DNA of 64,000 bases from contig CM119372.1 in NCBI GenBank assembly GCA_051294905.1, positions 14,386,001-14,450,000 on the forward strand, in the 5' to 3' direction. The notes below the pieces were generated by a model. That model was not told the origin of the DNA and searched no databases. It saw only the letters and a list, made by a program, of their open reading frames with translations. This stretch comes from Botryllus schlosseri. Its lineage: Eukaryota. Positions 13,597 through 27,433 of this stretch are shown here, piece by piece; the stretch's first letter is position 1, and every line of letters starts with the position of its first letter. Made by a program: the position numbers and the translations under genes.

Positions 13597-13902
13597 ATGG
13601 GAGATTTCGATCCGTGTGAGTGTGTGTGCAGTCATCAATGGGCTATGAGACGTCTTCTATCGATTTTGAGGTCATCACAGCAATATTGTACGGACAACGA
13701 ATGCTTTGGGGAGTTACCAGATCCAAATATTACCCCTCCAAACCAGAACTGGAATACGTTCATGCTTTTCATTGGCTGGATGTTCGTAGCACTTCTGTTA
13801 TTCATGGTCAGGCCAGCAAGCTTGCGAAATCAAGGAGATCAAAAACCAAGACCTGGTCACGGCAGAGGTCCGCCTCCACCTGATGTACCACCAATTCAGT
13901 AG
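13597..13902 (+). CDS. SMIM14: Small integral membrane protein 14, 101 aa, single coding exon
   Basis: MGDFDPCECVCSHQWAMRRLLSILRSSQQYCTDNECF, one TM helix (FMLFIGWMFVALLLFMVRPASLR) and a Pro-rich tail. An acceptor at 13556-13557 and a GTAAG donor at 12939 suggest a 5' UTR intron. Confidence 0.93.
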   Translation: MGDFDPCECVCSHQWAMRRLLSILRSSQQYCTDNECFGELPDPNITPPNQNWNTFMLFIGWMFVALLLFMVRPASLRNQGDQKPRPGHGRGPPPPDVPPIQ

Positions 13903-15161
13903 AGTATCTGCGTTGCAAAGCTCGTGTTGTTGGATTTCGTTGTTGTATATATGATACTGTAATATAGTACTGCGCTCCTCCTGTATGCATGTAATATATT
14001 TCGACAGAAGTGGCATCTATTTCCTTTTCGTTTCTCGTGTCCAAGATTATATTTGTACACAAAGGAATGCTGATTTTCTGACGCTTCACCGCTGCCGACT
14101 ACAATTGCTGATTGAACTTGCTCTTTAGTAGTCATCCTTATGATACTATGTTCAAATAAAAGAATACACATTGTGTGAACTTGATTGCCTTTGTGGAAAA
14201 CAAGTGTCATGTCTTATTCACTGCACATATCGTTTTCTTTTTTTGTGATATTTGTTCGCTGCACATTGTGATCGGTAATTACAAAATTACTACGTCCCCA
14301 CCCCTCCTGAAGCTCTTCCTAATAATTTGTTTGTATTAGAACGTTATATTCTTATGTATCGCTTCTTTCGATCGATTAAAGGCTATTTAAGTGCCTACTT
14401 ACTATACCTAAGCTAGGTATAAGTAAATATAACGCCACAGAAGTATTTATATGCATTATTATTCAATGTGATGCCTAGGATTTTCTTTTAGGGCTTGTTG
14501 AATTTCCTGGATTGATGTTAAAAGACCATTGCCTGTCAATGCACCATCATTCTCTGAGGTCTTCATTTAACAACATGATATTTACACTTGCTTCGTTAGT
14601 TGTGAGCTCAAAACACTAATACTGAATTGTAAAATCATTAGTGCAATGATCATTTCTGACATCAGTATATAATATATTATTCTCAAAGTCTCGGAAACCC
14701 CACTGTTCTATTCAGCCCAATTGGTTTCCTCTTCTGATCATGGAATTATGTCGGTAGGGTAAGGTTTGAAGAGATGATATTGAACAAGTCCATGAATAGC
14801 CAGTAGAATACATTGATACCAGTGGGCCTATTTTCCATATCTTTGGTTATATGGCAGTCTGTACATTGATTTTTCTCTTGTGAGCAAGTGAACAAATTGT
14901 TGTTGAATCTGAACTTGCTTTCAAGTTTTCATTTGTAGCAACTCGCGTTGGTATGCCGGATGGCAGTACTTTCATTCTTTAGAGTTCCGGTTTTAATGCT
15001 ATTGTGCAATATCTGCTTGTATAATACGCAGCTTGTTACTTGGACATTCGTGTATGACTGGTGATAATAAACGATATAACCTATTTATATCTGCAGATGT
15101 ATTTAGTATTTGTTCACCACGCCAGGGAGTTATTGCAGATCATATAGTAGCCGACTTCGGG

Positions 15162-18100
15162 ATGTACTTCATTGAACTTTGTGAACAGATGTGGTGTTAC
15201 TTACCGCAATTTGCGGGTATCGTCTTAGTGATGTTCGCAGTTTACAAAGGCACAGTCCGACCATCGGCCAACAGTCGCCGTAAAAATATCGCTTGTGAAA
15301 GTCCAAACTGTGTTAGATGCAGCGCTTATAGAATGTGGTCAAGAGACGCGTTGATGGAGAGATGGCGGCGATATCGCGCGGATCCTAACAATGCTGCGCC
15401 CGATAAAGAGATGACGCGTTTGGTGTCAACAATACAAAATGCAGGAACTTCTTATTCATCGGATTTTCAACCGACGTTTGAGTTGGTCGATCTCGTCTCC
15501 AAACCAATTCATGACCCGTCATCGTTCGTTGGCGATGTCGAAGTGCTTGAATCGAGTTACAATGACATATTGCATGACTGCAATCATGCTCTAAGTCATT
15601 CTTCTAATTGGTTGGTGAACACTACGCCTACGGGTGAATGGCGAGCGTTTTATTTTATCAACCAAGGCCGCAGGGTAAGTAGGCTACAACTAAAATAGGC
15701 CTACGAACGACCGGTTTAACGCAATCGATTGTTCCTACAAATGAACTCAACTCTAACAGTCGTGCGGGGGATGCCTGTTGCGTCCTTGTTGTCAATGTAG
15801 GCTTAATTCGTAGGGAGAAAGGCGGATTTTGTTCGTCAAACAAATTTCAAATATGAATGGATCTCAGACATTTTGTTTGAGTTGGAACTAATGTCCGGTT
15901 TAAATTGCAATCAAGCCGACTCGTCGTCCGTCTTTTAACATTCCGCTATTAGAAAACGATGCATATTGAATATCGGGTCACTACTTTTACAGTATTTAAT
16001 GACTGGACGGTCGTCCTGTACTGTTTTAATATTCAAAACACCTGTGACACAAGTAGGCTATATCCAGTGGCCGGATTCCTCCGGTTCTATGGAACCGTCT
16101 CGCAAAATTATATGAGGATTTGTCCTCTTTTTTTACTTTTTTAAAGTGTCCTCGGAGGACGCCCAAATGTCCTCTTTTTTGAGATTTTGTCTTATTTTTT
16201 GAAATTTTTGGTTAAATATATATAGAGAGAGAGACATGATATTCTTTTTCGCCTGCACCATCGAGATGCTTTGACGATGGAGTTGCGATACGGCCCCATG
16301 GGGTCATCTAGTTTGCGCCCCCGTTTTTTCTCCTCCATTATGCTATCCGTGATTGCTGAGCGCCTAGCAGGATAGCTGCGAATACCAATTTTCGAGTCTT
16401 TGGTATGACCCGGCCGGGGATCGATCCCACGACCTACCGCTCGAGAAGGCGGACGCACAACCGCTCGACTGAGATACAGTAACGCTTACTGAAGTAACCC
16501 TCCGGCGGGTATTTCGGGAGCTGAGCCCGCAAGTCAACCGACCGGTAATGTGAAAGAAAAACTTTATTTCGGGACTGGAGATGGAAAGTTGACCTTTTAT
16601 TTTTTTATTTATTTTTTTAGTCAACCGACCACGAAGTGGGTAAAATTTACCATTTTCACATTTCCAAAATATGGTAACCCTACAGTGTCAGCCGTCACAT
16701 AAAAGATATACTTTTGTATTTTTTTCGATCATACCGATTTCATTGCACTTCTTGACAATGTTGTGAGATGATCATGACTTCGGAAATGTGTTACTTCCAG
16801 TAACGTTCGTTAGGGACCTTAGGGTTACCATACGACCTTTTTTTACTCAACCAACCACAAAGTCGGATTTTACTCCAGTATTCTAAGTTTGCAAATTTCG
16901 AAAAAGTGTCCTCCTTTCCCGATTCCAAAATATGGTAACCCTACGTTCGTAGCTTTGTACTATGTTTCGTATGCTGCGACACGGCCAATCAAGGTTTCAA
17001 GAGTTCCTCAGTGGGAAATAGTATCAAAACTATAATTCTTGTTAGTCAAATAACTCTCAGTTCCGATAGCGTATAATTTCAGTACTTGAAAAAATCGTCT
17101 TCTACTACTCGACTCAAATCATTAAAACTATTACTCCATTCAGATTCGAGCCCTAATCCTTATGATGTTGAAATAATGAGACCGCACACAGTAGGTAGAG
17201 GCTCTGAATGTAAAGCGCCGATTCGGTGTGCGCCATGGAAACGAAATGTTCTGTATGAATAAGGGATGCCGCCGATTAACTGCGAATTACGATGTTCTGT
17301 TCATCAACACCTTGGGTCGTATAATGCCATCCCTCAGGTTAGGGCTTGGCAAAATCGAGTACCTGAGTGATTCGATTCTGAATCACGTAGTACGCTTCGA
17401 GTATCACTAATTATGACGTCATAACAGAATGTACTCTGTCAAAGTTCAAATATGTACCTTTTATGCCATCACAAAGAACATAATGTGTGTTACCCATCAC
17501 ATTAAATATACTTCGGTATTTTTTCGACCATACCGATTTCATTGCACTTCAAACTTGACAATGCTGTGGGATATAATTCTCGTTGGTAAATTAAGTTTCA
17601 GTAGCGAAGAGGAGCGTATATAATTTCAGTACTCGAAAAAATCGTCTTTACTACTCGACTCGAATCATTAAAATTAATACTCGATTCAGATTCGAGTACT
17701 CGGATCATTGTGCTCAGCCCTACTTCCCTTGTAACATTTCGTGTAGTTTCAGAATTGCGCAATGGGTGCATTAATTGCAGTCATCTTTAGTCGTAGCCTT
17801 GGATGATTGCTCAGACTATGGTAGTACCAAACTGTTTAGGGATATTGATACTTGCGTTTCAATTTTAACCTTATATTTCTCTACCCCTATTGTAGGTTAG
17901 ATCAAATTTGGAAATCATTATACTTTGACTTGTATTATAGGCTATATACTTGCATAAAGTGACTAAATTGATGAACTTTCATATGGGTCAGTTACAGTCC
18001 TAGTTTTCATTTGCCATAAAAATGACGTAGCAATATTCGATTTCGGAAGAATTAAGCACGTAGGTGAAACATATTTCCTCGTGTGGGACATACCAAGCTG

Positions 18101-21100
18101 GGTGTGCTATATGTCTATCTCAGCTATCTATTGAAGTTCACTCTAGATGGTGATGAATTGATGATATTCGCAACAAACGACACTTTGAGTCAACTAGTTT
18201 AAGTCGAAAAATCGCACAACATCTAATGAAACAAAATAGTCAGATCCATCTACTTTGTGGTTTTGTGGTGCTTTGAAATAATGAAAATATCAATAAACTG
18301 ACACTGATACTGAACCATCACTTACAATAGTGAAACGTTACAGATCGAAAAGAACATGAAATTATGCCCAGCCACTACCGGGATACTGGACAGGTTACAG
18401 AATATCATGAAGGATTGCATATTCGGCAATGCTTGTTTCTCTGTTGTTAATGCAGAGACCCACATAACCGAACATTACGGACCGTGCAATATACGCGTCA
18501 GGTGTCATCTGGGTAAGGAAATATCAGTTTGCTGTTGGTATCGTGATCAGCATCACGTCTCTGAATCGGTTTATGTTGACCATTGTTCCTACTTCCTGTC
18601 GTACACAGAGATGGGTAAATAGATCGTTATGAATCGGCAACAGGCTGATGGATGGCTCTACTCTGGTACAATGTCACAATGTACAGTTGGGCCTATCCAG
18701 TATGGTAGCAGTCGACCCTATAGGCATTAATACGCCATCTCATACCCATACGGCTAGGAAAACTGTAGCGAGTGCCGTAAACTTAGGCCATCAAGTTTGG
18801 AACTGGCACTGTGCTGGGCGTGTCTGACTCCCCGTATCCGTACTTTTGGATATCCTCGAAAAGCAATGTTTAAGCCCTGGCCTGGTCATTACAACGCGCT
18901 GCTCTGTGTCACATGTCAAGTAATGGCCTGTATCACCATCACGTGAAATGACATGCTATTTCACAGAACTATCGATGTCACATAATAGGCCTACTTCATG
19001 ATATTCAAATGGTCTCCACTCTCCGTGGTCAGGCTCATAGTAGTATAGCAAATATCGCAATGGTCGAACGGAGTGCAAGACAAGCTGAGCCGGGGGTGCC
19101 AACATGCGGCATGATTTGTCAACGGAGTGCCACAATACATTTTAATTTCTTTCCAAAATCTGTCGTAAATTTATTGCTATGTTATCGCATTTAGCCTAGC
19201 TCAGGGGTTCTCAAAGGGTGGGCCACAGGAGCATTTGAGGTGGGCCATAAAGCTATTTAAAAATTTTTAGAATTAATGTAAGTTTAGTTATATTTGTTAT
19301 GTTATTCGCTAAAAATATATTCATATTAGGCTACTTAAAGCTTTTCATCCGCAGACTCTGATGACACATATAGTGGAATGTATGGAGTCAGCATGTACAT
19401 TGTACACGTTCCAAACGGCAGGGAGAAACGGTGGCTTTTTCCACTGGCTATGACAACATACGGCTAACAGCAACTAAAGTAATTTCGAGTACATAATAAG
19501 TGAAAGGTAATGCTGAAGTAACCAAGTATTCCGGCGGGGGCTGGGGCATATGTCGTATGCCGTTGAAAGGGGTGTGCAATAAACTCGGAACAAGGTGTAA
19601 TTGATGTATAGATTTACTGTAGGGAGATGTGGTACCGATGGATCAAAAATTGGAAAATGATCGCTGGCCCCAAAATGTTCAGCCGAAAACATCAGATCTT
19701 TTGCTGGCTCTGCACTTTGATACAAGCTCTACCTATCGCGCACAAATACATGAATATCCGTCTTTTCAAAAAATATTTATGGACGTTCAAAATTTGATGC
19801 TCGAACGTATCATCGGTCCCCACCCGGTGGGTCCAATGGCACACGACCCGGGGACCTATAACACATATACCCTAAAAAACTCAAACGTGACAACTTTTCT
19901 TGCTCAGTATTGTATTCTAAGCTACAGCAAGCCAAAGAAGAATGTTTGGTCGCCACCGTCAAAAAATAGAATGAATATTAAGTCAAATGTTGTCATAAAA
20001 TCACGTTTCGATTTAGGCTCGAACTTATAAATTTGAGGGTACATACATATTGCCCGAAAATCGACAGTGTGACTTCCAAATACCTGGTTACAGCGATAAA
20101 ACATCATATGCAATTATTACATAAAGATTTTCTTTACGTAGGCATGTTTCACTTGTTTCATGATTAGTATGCTTGATTATTTTGCTTGACTTGGCTTTTG
20201 TATCATCGGTCCCCACCCTACGAATTTTATACATGAATGGAAAAAATTCCACCCAAGGAAGGCACTGAAAAAAATCATAGGTGCCATTATATAGCCTGAT
20301 ACAAGCCCTACACTTCACAATAAAAATGATTGCTGGTTTGTTCGTGTTGAAGGTTACAAAGAAAAATGTATATGTCGATTTAAATTTAGTTTACACCCCC
20401 AAAAACATCTGTGAGAGACCCCATAACTCGCGCACGTCGAATTTTTTTGTATGTGAGGAAAGATTTTGCCAGCATGCAACTGTAGACAAGTTCACGGTGT
20501 GTAATCATGGAATTATCATAGAGAATTTTTAAAGTATTTTCGGTCCCAGTGATCCATCGGTACCACATCTACCTTACTTAGGGAAATCGTGTTATTGTAA
20601 GATAAAAATAGCCAGAATTGCAAATTATTAGCAACTTCTGGTGGAGGTATACTGCACCACCGCAACGAATCGTAATGGAATGAGGATTTAGCGGAGTGCA
20701 TTAAACTTTGGATTCGGTTTAAAATGTCCGCCCTGATGTCATTGTACATAATGTAAGAGTCACATGAATTGATTGTATCGTTGGATTGAATATTCTGACA
20801 TCGCAGCTTCAGTTGGTTTGGTACAAGATGTGTTGTTATGCATGCATATTATAAAAACCTTTCTCTACTTCTCCGTAGTACCCCATTCACCAATGAATTG
20901 TTTGAATCTGACCCAGAATGATTATATTATTCCTCATAATAGTGGAACTAATAAAATCCCAATCACACAGTGGATGCGTGCATTTGCTCATTGTGTTTTG
21001 CGATGCGAACGGAGCAGCGGACGATCATAATATACACCGGAGTTTCACCCCATGATCTGCCAAAGGCCGTAACTGCTGCACCCAAACCCCCCATTGCGGG

Positions 21101-22794
21101 ACCTTGAAGGGGGCCAAGATTATTTCGTCTGTCGTTTGTTGAAGGGTATTTAATTTATACGACTTGAAAATTTTCGTCGCGCTTCGCGCGGGGTCTGCAT
21201 TTAAGTTTCATCTGTAAATTAAGGGCAAAATGCGCATATTTTAGAGGAATAGGCATATCGGCACCGTCGATTACCACGCATTTAACAGGATTAAGACTCC
21301 ACGATAAGAGGTGGGCCACAATACATTTTCAAACCGGAAAATGGGCCGCAGCAAAGAAAGGGCTGAGAACCCCTGGAGCTAGTATTTTGCCTAAGCTTTC
21401 ATTGTGCTAGCCGCGTTTACCATCGCTCGGCAATTGTAGATTTCAATTACTATGACATTTAAATTGATATCTTTATACTATTGCTTGGTTTCACAAATTA
21501 TAGAACTGATCACAACTGAACAATATTGGGTCGTATGGGCCCATAAGTCGAATCTTATAAATGTGGAGTAAAACCTTTTTTCTGGTGTAAGGTCGGCTTA
21601 CTTTCATCCTTAGACTTTCACCTCGTCAAATATGACTTTCGTGTCTGGACATTGAACACGGCTAGTAGTACGGCGTGTTCCAATTTAGGAATTGGCATGC
21701 TTGGACATTTGAGTTGAAAGCCCCGTGAGACTATAAGTATAGATCTAATCCATTTCTCGAGACTTTAGATCACGAGGTACGACTGGCATTTCTATGTAAG
21801 AGTACGAAGAGCAGGGCTGTAATGACTCGAGTCATGACTCGACTCGGGTCAGACTCGAGTCACGATTTTCTGATGACTCGACTTGACTCGAGTCATTTTC
21901 TCAAAATACAGAAATGACTCGACTCTAGTCACTCTGTGTATTGACTTGACTTGCACTCAAGTAATTGTGCATGAGCATGACGCGAACCAAGTCATATGAC
22001 TCGAGGATCAGACGACAATAGACCGACATTTCATCGTAATTTCGAAGAATAGTGAAGTAACCACACTCATCGGAATTCGTCTATTGGTAGTGGAACTTGA
22101 AAAAGTCACCAGAAATTGCCAAAAGTGAAGAAAATTAGTATATTATAAATGCGAACCAATCGATATCACCCAATAGAGTTATAAAAAGGAGATTTAACAA
22201 GACTTTAACTGGAAACTGAGCAGTCAACACAATGACTTGGACTCGGACTCGACCCTCTGCTCGCTGACTTGGACTCGTACTTGACTGGGTGGTGAATTGA
22301 AAATGACTCGACTTGACTCGAGTCAAAACTATAAAAGTGAAATTGACTTGGGACTTGGTTACAGCCATGTCGAAGGGCTGCGAAACATTTATTATGTGCT
22401 AAGAAGTGTACGAGTAGGCCTATGTAGCAAATGCAGAGTTGACCCGACCTGAATGCTGATATATTGCAACCTGATTTTGAGTCCGAACAAATATTACCAA
22501 TTTTATATCTTTGTTTAGTCGAATGCAGCATTGCCTATTATTTCAATGCTTGCAGGACTTGAAATTCCAAAAGAATGCCATTTATACGTCGATGGGATCA
22601 AATGTTCATGGACACGCGGGAAGTGCACGTTATTTGACGACTCCTACTTGCATTCAGTGACACATGGAGGGTCGATGGAAAATAGTTGTCCCAGATCGAT
22701 CCTTCTAGTTGATTTTTGGAGTCCAGAAATAACAAATTTCGAAATTCCCGCTCTCAGATATTTGCTACGCAGCGATCATCCCTTGACCCATTGA
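15162..22794 (+). CDS. ASPHD2: Aspartate beta-hydroxylase domain-containing protein (ASPHD2-like), 3 exons, about 306 aa
   Basis: Exons 15162-15674, 18344-18512, 22556-22794 (921 nt, in frame). N-terminal TM, [64 protein letters not shown].P, which match the 2OG/Fe dioxygenase ASPH domain. Confidence 0.88.
16110..16682. mobile_element. TAGGGTTACCA/GAGGACA-family MITE fragment interrupted by a SINE
   Basis: Shares TGTCCTC arrays and the terminal TATGGTAACCCTA with 25478-25930 and 40121-40558. The left boundary is approximate. Confidence 0.65.
16218..16464 (-). mobile_element. tRNA-derived SINE
   Basis: On the minus strand: a partial tRNA-like head with a B-box-like GGGATCGATCCCC, a core GGTCATACCAAAGACTCGAAAATTGGTATTCGCAGCTATCCTGCTAGGCGCTCAGCA, and a (TC)n(TA)n tail. 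The MITE sequence resumes on both sides. Confidence 0.72.
17340..17723. mobile_element. MITE with CGAGTA/TACTCG arrays
   Basis: Ends TAGGGCT...AGCCCTA. Related fragments lie at about 4240-4990 and 16700-17155. Confidence 0.6.
19202..21375. mobile_element. hAT (Charlie-like) non-autonomous element in ASPHD2 intron 2
   Basis: TIR CAGGGGTTCTCA...TGAGAACCCCTG. The left ~150 bp recurs at 58112 onward. The TSD is not clean. Confidence 0.7.
19621..20574. mobile_element. Nested TIR element, superfamily not assigned
   Basis: A 25-bp inverted repeat AGG(G/T)AGATGTGGTACCGATGGATCA (24/25 match) at 19621-19645 and 20550-20574. An internal TATCATCGGTCCCCACC is repeated. Confidence 0.65.
21812..22369. mobile_element. 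hAT-type MITE (CAGGGTTGTA family), older copy
   Basis: Colinear with 9086-9626. Degenerate TSD ACGAAGAG/TCGAAGGG. Confidence 0.8.
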
Positions 22795-23370
22795 TTAATT
22801 GATGGTATTTCAATGTTTTTGGAAAAGATTGACATGGCGGATCATGATCATGAGTCATGACCATTGGTCACTAAGGCCGAATCCTTTCGCCTTTTTATTG
22901 CCGCGATTTGTCGTTATGTAGATTGGAGAGCGCAGAATTTACATGTTTTGGAAAGAATTTAGTAGTCTTGATTTATGTTCGTCACAATGTGCCTGTTTCG
23001 TTAAATCAAAATCTACTTGATTAGATAAGACTTAGTGATGAGGGTTGGTCCAAATCTCGAGTTCATGCAGAATTTGAGAAAATTTGTTGTCCTAATGTGC
23101 AATCTGAAATCGCCTGATCAATGCAGTTGGATACGAATACAGGCATAAAAGGGATTACCGCGAAGTCATGAATCCGTTGCTATTTCCTTGAAATACGACT
23201 TTTCGAGCCATTTGCTTGTAAATCGAAATTGAGCCAAAATCTCCATATATTTATTTTTCAAATACAAATCCATGCTCATTGTTCATCGTGCTCAGTGTTC
23301 ACCTCCGGAACCAGAGGATAGACGGAGAAGGATCAAACTGATCGCCTTGTAAATAGACGGTAATGTTACA

Positions 23371-23391
23371 GAGAGAGAGAGAGAGAGAGAG
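23371..23391. repeat. (GA)n microsatellite
   Basis: About 10 GA units. Confidence 0.8.
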
Positions 23392-24524
23392 TCTTCATTT
23401 TTATACAATCGCAATGCATATCAAACAGACAACATTGATAATGATAGAGAAGAAGAACGCATACACTTTACACAGTGCTTCTTTACATTTTCTGCGATCA
23501 TACCCCATTGAGCTTTCAATAAAATTTCTGGTACTACCTGCCCATTTTCAACACAATTTCTGATACGGCCAATTCAGCACTACACCCTTTACGCATATGA
23601 TAAACAATCGTCAGATACACAAGACTCAATGCGATCTCTTTATCTGGCATATACCCCGGCGTATGTACTGCCTGATGTCACATTTCACAGTCCTTTCTAT
23701 GTTGATCTTTTTTTCGGCGGTCCTTTTTAGACTCCAGCTCTTTACTTTTTATCCTTTCCGCGACTTCATTTGGTCTTTTTTCACTACGCTATCTCCCCGC
23801 AACCCACAAACCAACACACTCTTTCCTAATATTTATATTACGACACGGTATTATACAATTCACGGGATACCATTCACGGTGTTGCATTAGCACTGGAATT
23901 TCACATGTCTGCTTGTCTAGGTGTGTCCGGTGGCGGGATTTATAGCCGGTGCCGAAATAATGGTTCCTTCACCAGCAGCAGTATAACTAACGACCGCAAA
24001 AAACGAAAATCACAAATAAAACTATAATTCCTTATAATAATGCGAATCACTGAATTGCCAATGAGCTAAAGACTGTTGGAAATAAAATCGTAATTTCGGA
24101 ATTTGAAGTGGGAGGGATTCGACTTGGAAAATCCACTCCTTGGCTACGCCACTGCTGTTAGTAGTGATGACTCTGAGCTATGGCTGCACGAACATCACCC
24201 AACAGAATGCCAGTATCCTGATTCACGCCAAACGACGACACGTGCTTTCTAGGTGTTAGGTAACTAATTTTTAGATGTCCTAACAGTATTAGCGAACTAT
24301 AACTCAAAAATTTCAATTCAAAATCAATTCAATTTAATTCCAACAATTTCATCATTTCAATGCACCATAAGTCTTCGGTACAATGAAACATAGGAAGGTG
24401 TCGAAACGACTTGGAGTAGTCTTCGAAATCAGACTACCACCTGGCCTAGACGATGTAATTAATAAGGATGCATGCACACTGAATGAAAAGTAAAATAAGA
24501 TACCTAGATCGATATAGTTTGTAG

Positions 24525-24754
24525 TAGTGTTGGGATGAATCGAGTCATGACTTAACTCGAGTCACCCTTTTCGTATGACTTGACTTGACTCGATCGAGTC
24601 ACTTTGCAAAAATGACTTGACTTGACTCGACGTATCCGAAATGTGGATTGACTCATCGTGACTCGGGGCAAAATTTTCGAGTCAATATCAAGTGATCGGT
24701 GTCGAAAAAAATCAATGTTGCGCATGAGGTGGTAGGGACTTGATCCCAACACTG
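24525..24754. mobile_element. Internally deleted copy of the CAGTGTTGGGAT hAT MITE
   Basis: Same ends as 3232-4013. Exact TSD GTTTGTAG. Confidence 0.85.
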
Positions 24755-25029
24755 GTTTGTAGGCCTACAAGTCTGATCAGCTGGTCAAGAACAGGACCTG
24801 GCTGTAAAATAACAATTATTAATTTAAATAATCGAGTATCAAATGTAAAAAATCTGAAGTAATGCATGGGCTAATCAAATTTTCGTCAGATCAAAACACC
24901 GATAAGATTGCGATAAAATATGCTATTAGAAGGGGTGTCGAGTTCAAATATATTCATAGAATTCAGGGATAGCTAGAAGTTCTAGATATCCCTGATAGAA
25001 TTTCATCATTTCAAAAATCACAAGACTGC

Positions 25030-25400
25030 GATACAACGAAAGACGGGAAGGAGCCGAAACGACTTGGAGTAGTCTTAGAGATCAGACACCCACCTGGGCC
25101 TACAGGCGACGTAAAGAAGAGGCATGCACACTGAATTAAAGTAAAAGAAGATAATATATAATGATGAATCGGCAAAATCAGGTGGTATGTGACGGAAGGC
25201 GAGGTCGATATGTCACGTCGTGGTCGGTAAATTTTGAGGACTGACTAGTATTTTTCAGAAGAAATTGCTGGTATTTCGACTTGAATGTGGACATGGACAT
25301 GCTCGACCACTGTCGGATAGCCGGCGAGATACCGTTCCAAGAAATGAATGAGGCGGGTGTCGGTAGACAAGGTCGATATGTCAAATCCTCGTCCGCCGTG
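25030..25400 (-). mobile_element. 3' end fragment of a CR1-group LINE
   Basis: Reverse-complement similarity to 56680-56980. A shorter related piece lies at about 24390-24500. Boundaries are approximate. Confidence 0.6.
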
Positions 25401-25477
25401 ATCATGAAGGCTGACTAGTTGGCCTTTTCATTCAGTAGAATCTGATTCTATTTCGAATTGAATGTGAACTTGTTAGA

Positions 25478-25930
25478 TAGGCTTACCATATACGTCCTCT
25501 TTTAAGAGGATCTGTCCTTTTTTTTTGACTTTTTTGAAAGTGTCCTCGGAGGACGCCCTTTTGTCCTCTTTTTTGAGATTTTGTCCTCTTTTTTGAAAAT
25601 TTAGGTCAGATTCAGAGCAAATTGCGAGTGATATGCCGCAAATTAGCACAGAAGTGAAGCTCGATCTGGCGGGTATTTCGGAGTTAAAAACGGTGATTTT
25701 AGCTCTGAGCGAAAAGATGACCTTTTTTTTTATAGTTATAACCACCTGGCAACGTGGAGAGAAAAACGGTATTTTGAGATCTGAGCGGGAAAGATGACCG
25801 TTTTTTTTTAGTCAACCGATCACAAAGTGGGAAAAATTCACCAGTTTTTGAGAATTCTTCTCCGGTTTTGCAAGTCTGAAATTTCTGATAAAGTGTCCTC
25901 TTTTTAGATTTCCAAAATATGGTAAGCCTA
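25478..25930. mobile_element. hAT-type MITE (TAGGCTTACCA/GAGGACA family), intact
   Basis: TIR TAGGCTTACCATA...TATGGTAAGCCTA. Exact TSD TTGTTAGA. Confidence 0.88.
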
Positions 25931-27433
25931 TTGTTAGAGGACCCACGAGATGCTGTTTCGTTTGACATAACCATAATTATATATATCATTGACATAACCA
26001 ACTTGTTGGTAGATTTCTATAATACATAATAGGGGGTCGGTTTTTGACCCACAGGTGCCCTTTAGCATGTCCAAACCATAATTATTCTCAGCTCTAAAAA
26101 CTAACATGATAGACGCACACAAGGAAGCGAATGAAACGGGCCGGAAAAGCTGCAAAGAAAGAATTTACAGCCGAACAATCAAGATCAAACACTCAATGAC
26201 ATGACCTCCTATCCGTTCATTACATCGCACTGTGTCCTGTGTATTGCATTGTACATTGTGGTGTCTGGAGTAGATGTGAATATAAAAGTCTACCAATAAT
26301 ACCAGTGGGATTCAGCTCAGCGGGAACTGCAGACCCTACACAGAGGTGGTCAGTAACGAAGTAATTCTACTTTTCGGAAGTACTCAAGTAGTCTTCCTAT
26401 ACTTCTGGTACTTACTCAAGTAGATCTGATTTTCTCTACTTCTATTTCTACTTGGTAATATTTTGTGATCTACTTTCTTAATTTTTGCTATTTTCAGTTT
26501 GTCAAGTAGAAGTAGTTTAATTACATTACACCTGTTTTAGCAGATCGCCTTTGGAGCTTTATAGACAAAAGATATGAAATATATTTTCCGCTTTTTAGAA
26601 GTAGTATTTGTTTTTTACTTTCAATTCCGAGTATCATACTTTTTGTTCTAATTACTTTCAGTTCTTTTGTTTACAGAACATACACGTGGAAGCATAAAAG
26701 CAAGTATAGTAATGCCTCTATTTTCCGAAAATACAGCTACACTAAACGGCAACTTCCTCCCCTTCAATCTCAACGGCATCTTCCTGCAAACAAAATTTAG
26801 TTAAAATCTGATCGTTCACATCGAATTAATTAGCACTATTCGACTTACCTGGTTGTGAAGATCGACTACCGGTAGCGGCCCCACTTCAATCTCAACGCAT
26901 ATGTCCATGTCCATCGCATATATCAATCATTCTCTCTATCCGTCAATAGCTCAGTGGTCAATACATGTACCGAGTAGACCAACACCGACAGACGGCATTG
27001 CTGCGTCACAATACAAAGTACAAACGCCGATTTCACCAGGTGCCGAGTTAAAGGTGCCGAGTTCACCAAGTGCCGAGTTTACTGGTAACCCTTTGACCAC
27101 CTCTGAACAATCATTTTTTATGTGTTATGCGTACGCAGTACGTGTACCCTAAACTAGTAAAGGGGAGCACTGTCAATACATAGAACCATATGCACAAAAA
27201 TACAGTAAAATAACGATATAATAAAAATATTTTGATAACTACAAAAAATCATGAGAATCATCTGTCAAATTTCACTCCGGATATTGACCAATATTTGGTC
27301 GCCACCGGTAATGAGGTCAGGAGGTTACACTTCTGAAATCCCTGGAAACGAAAGTGGCTTCATAGCAACAACTTAAATCTTGCTTCGTGTGTGGAGATCC
27401 CGGGCCAACGTGGCGCAAAATTCATCTTTTGCT

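Noticed and set aside
19629..20030. 133-aa ORF as a transposase
   Set aside because: It starts inside the TIR and has no DDE or DNA-binding motif.
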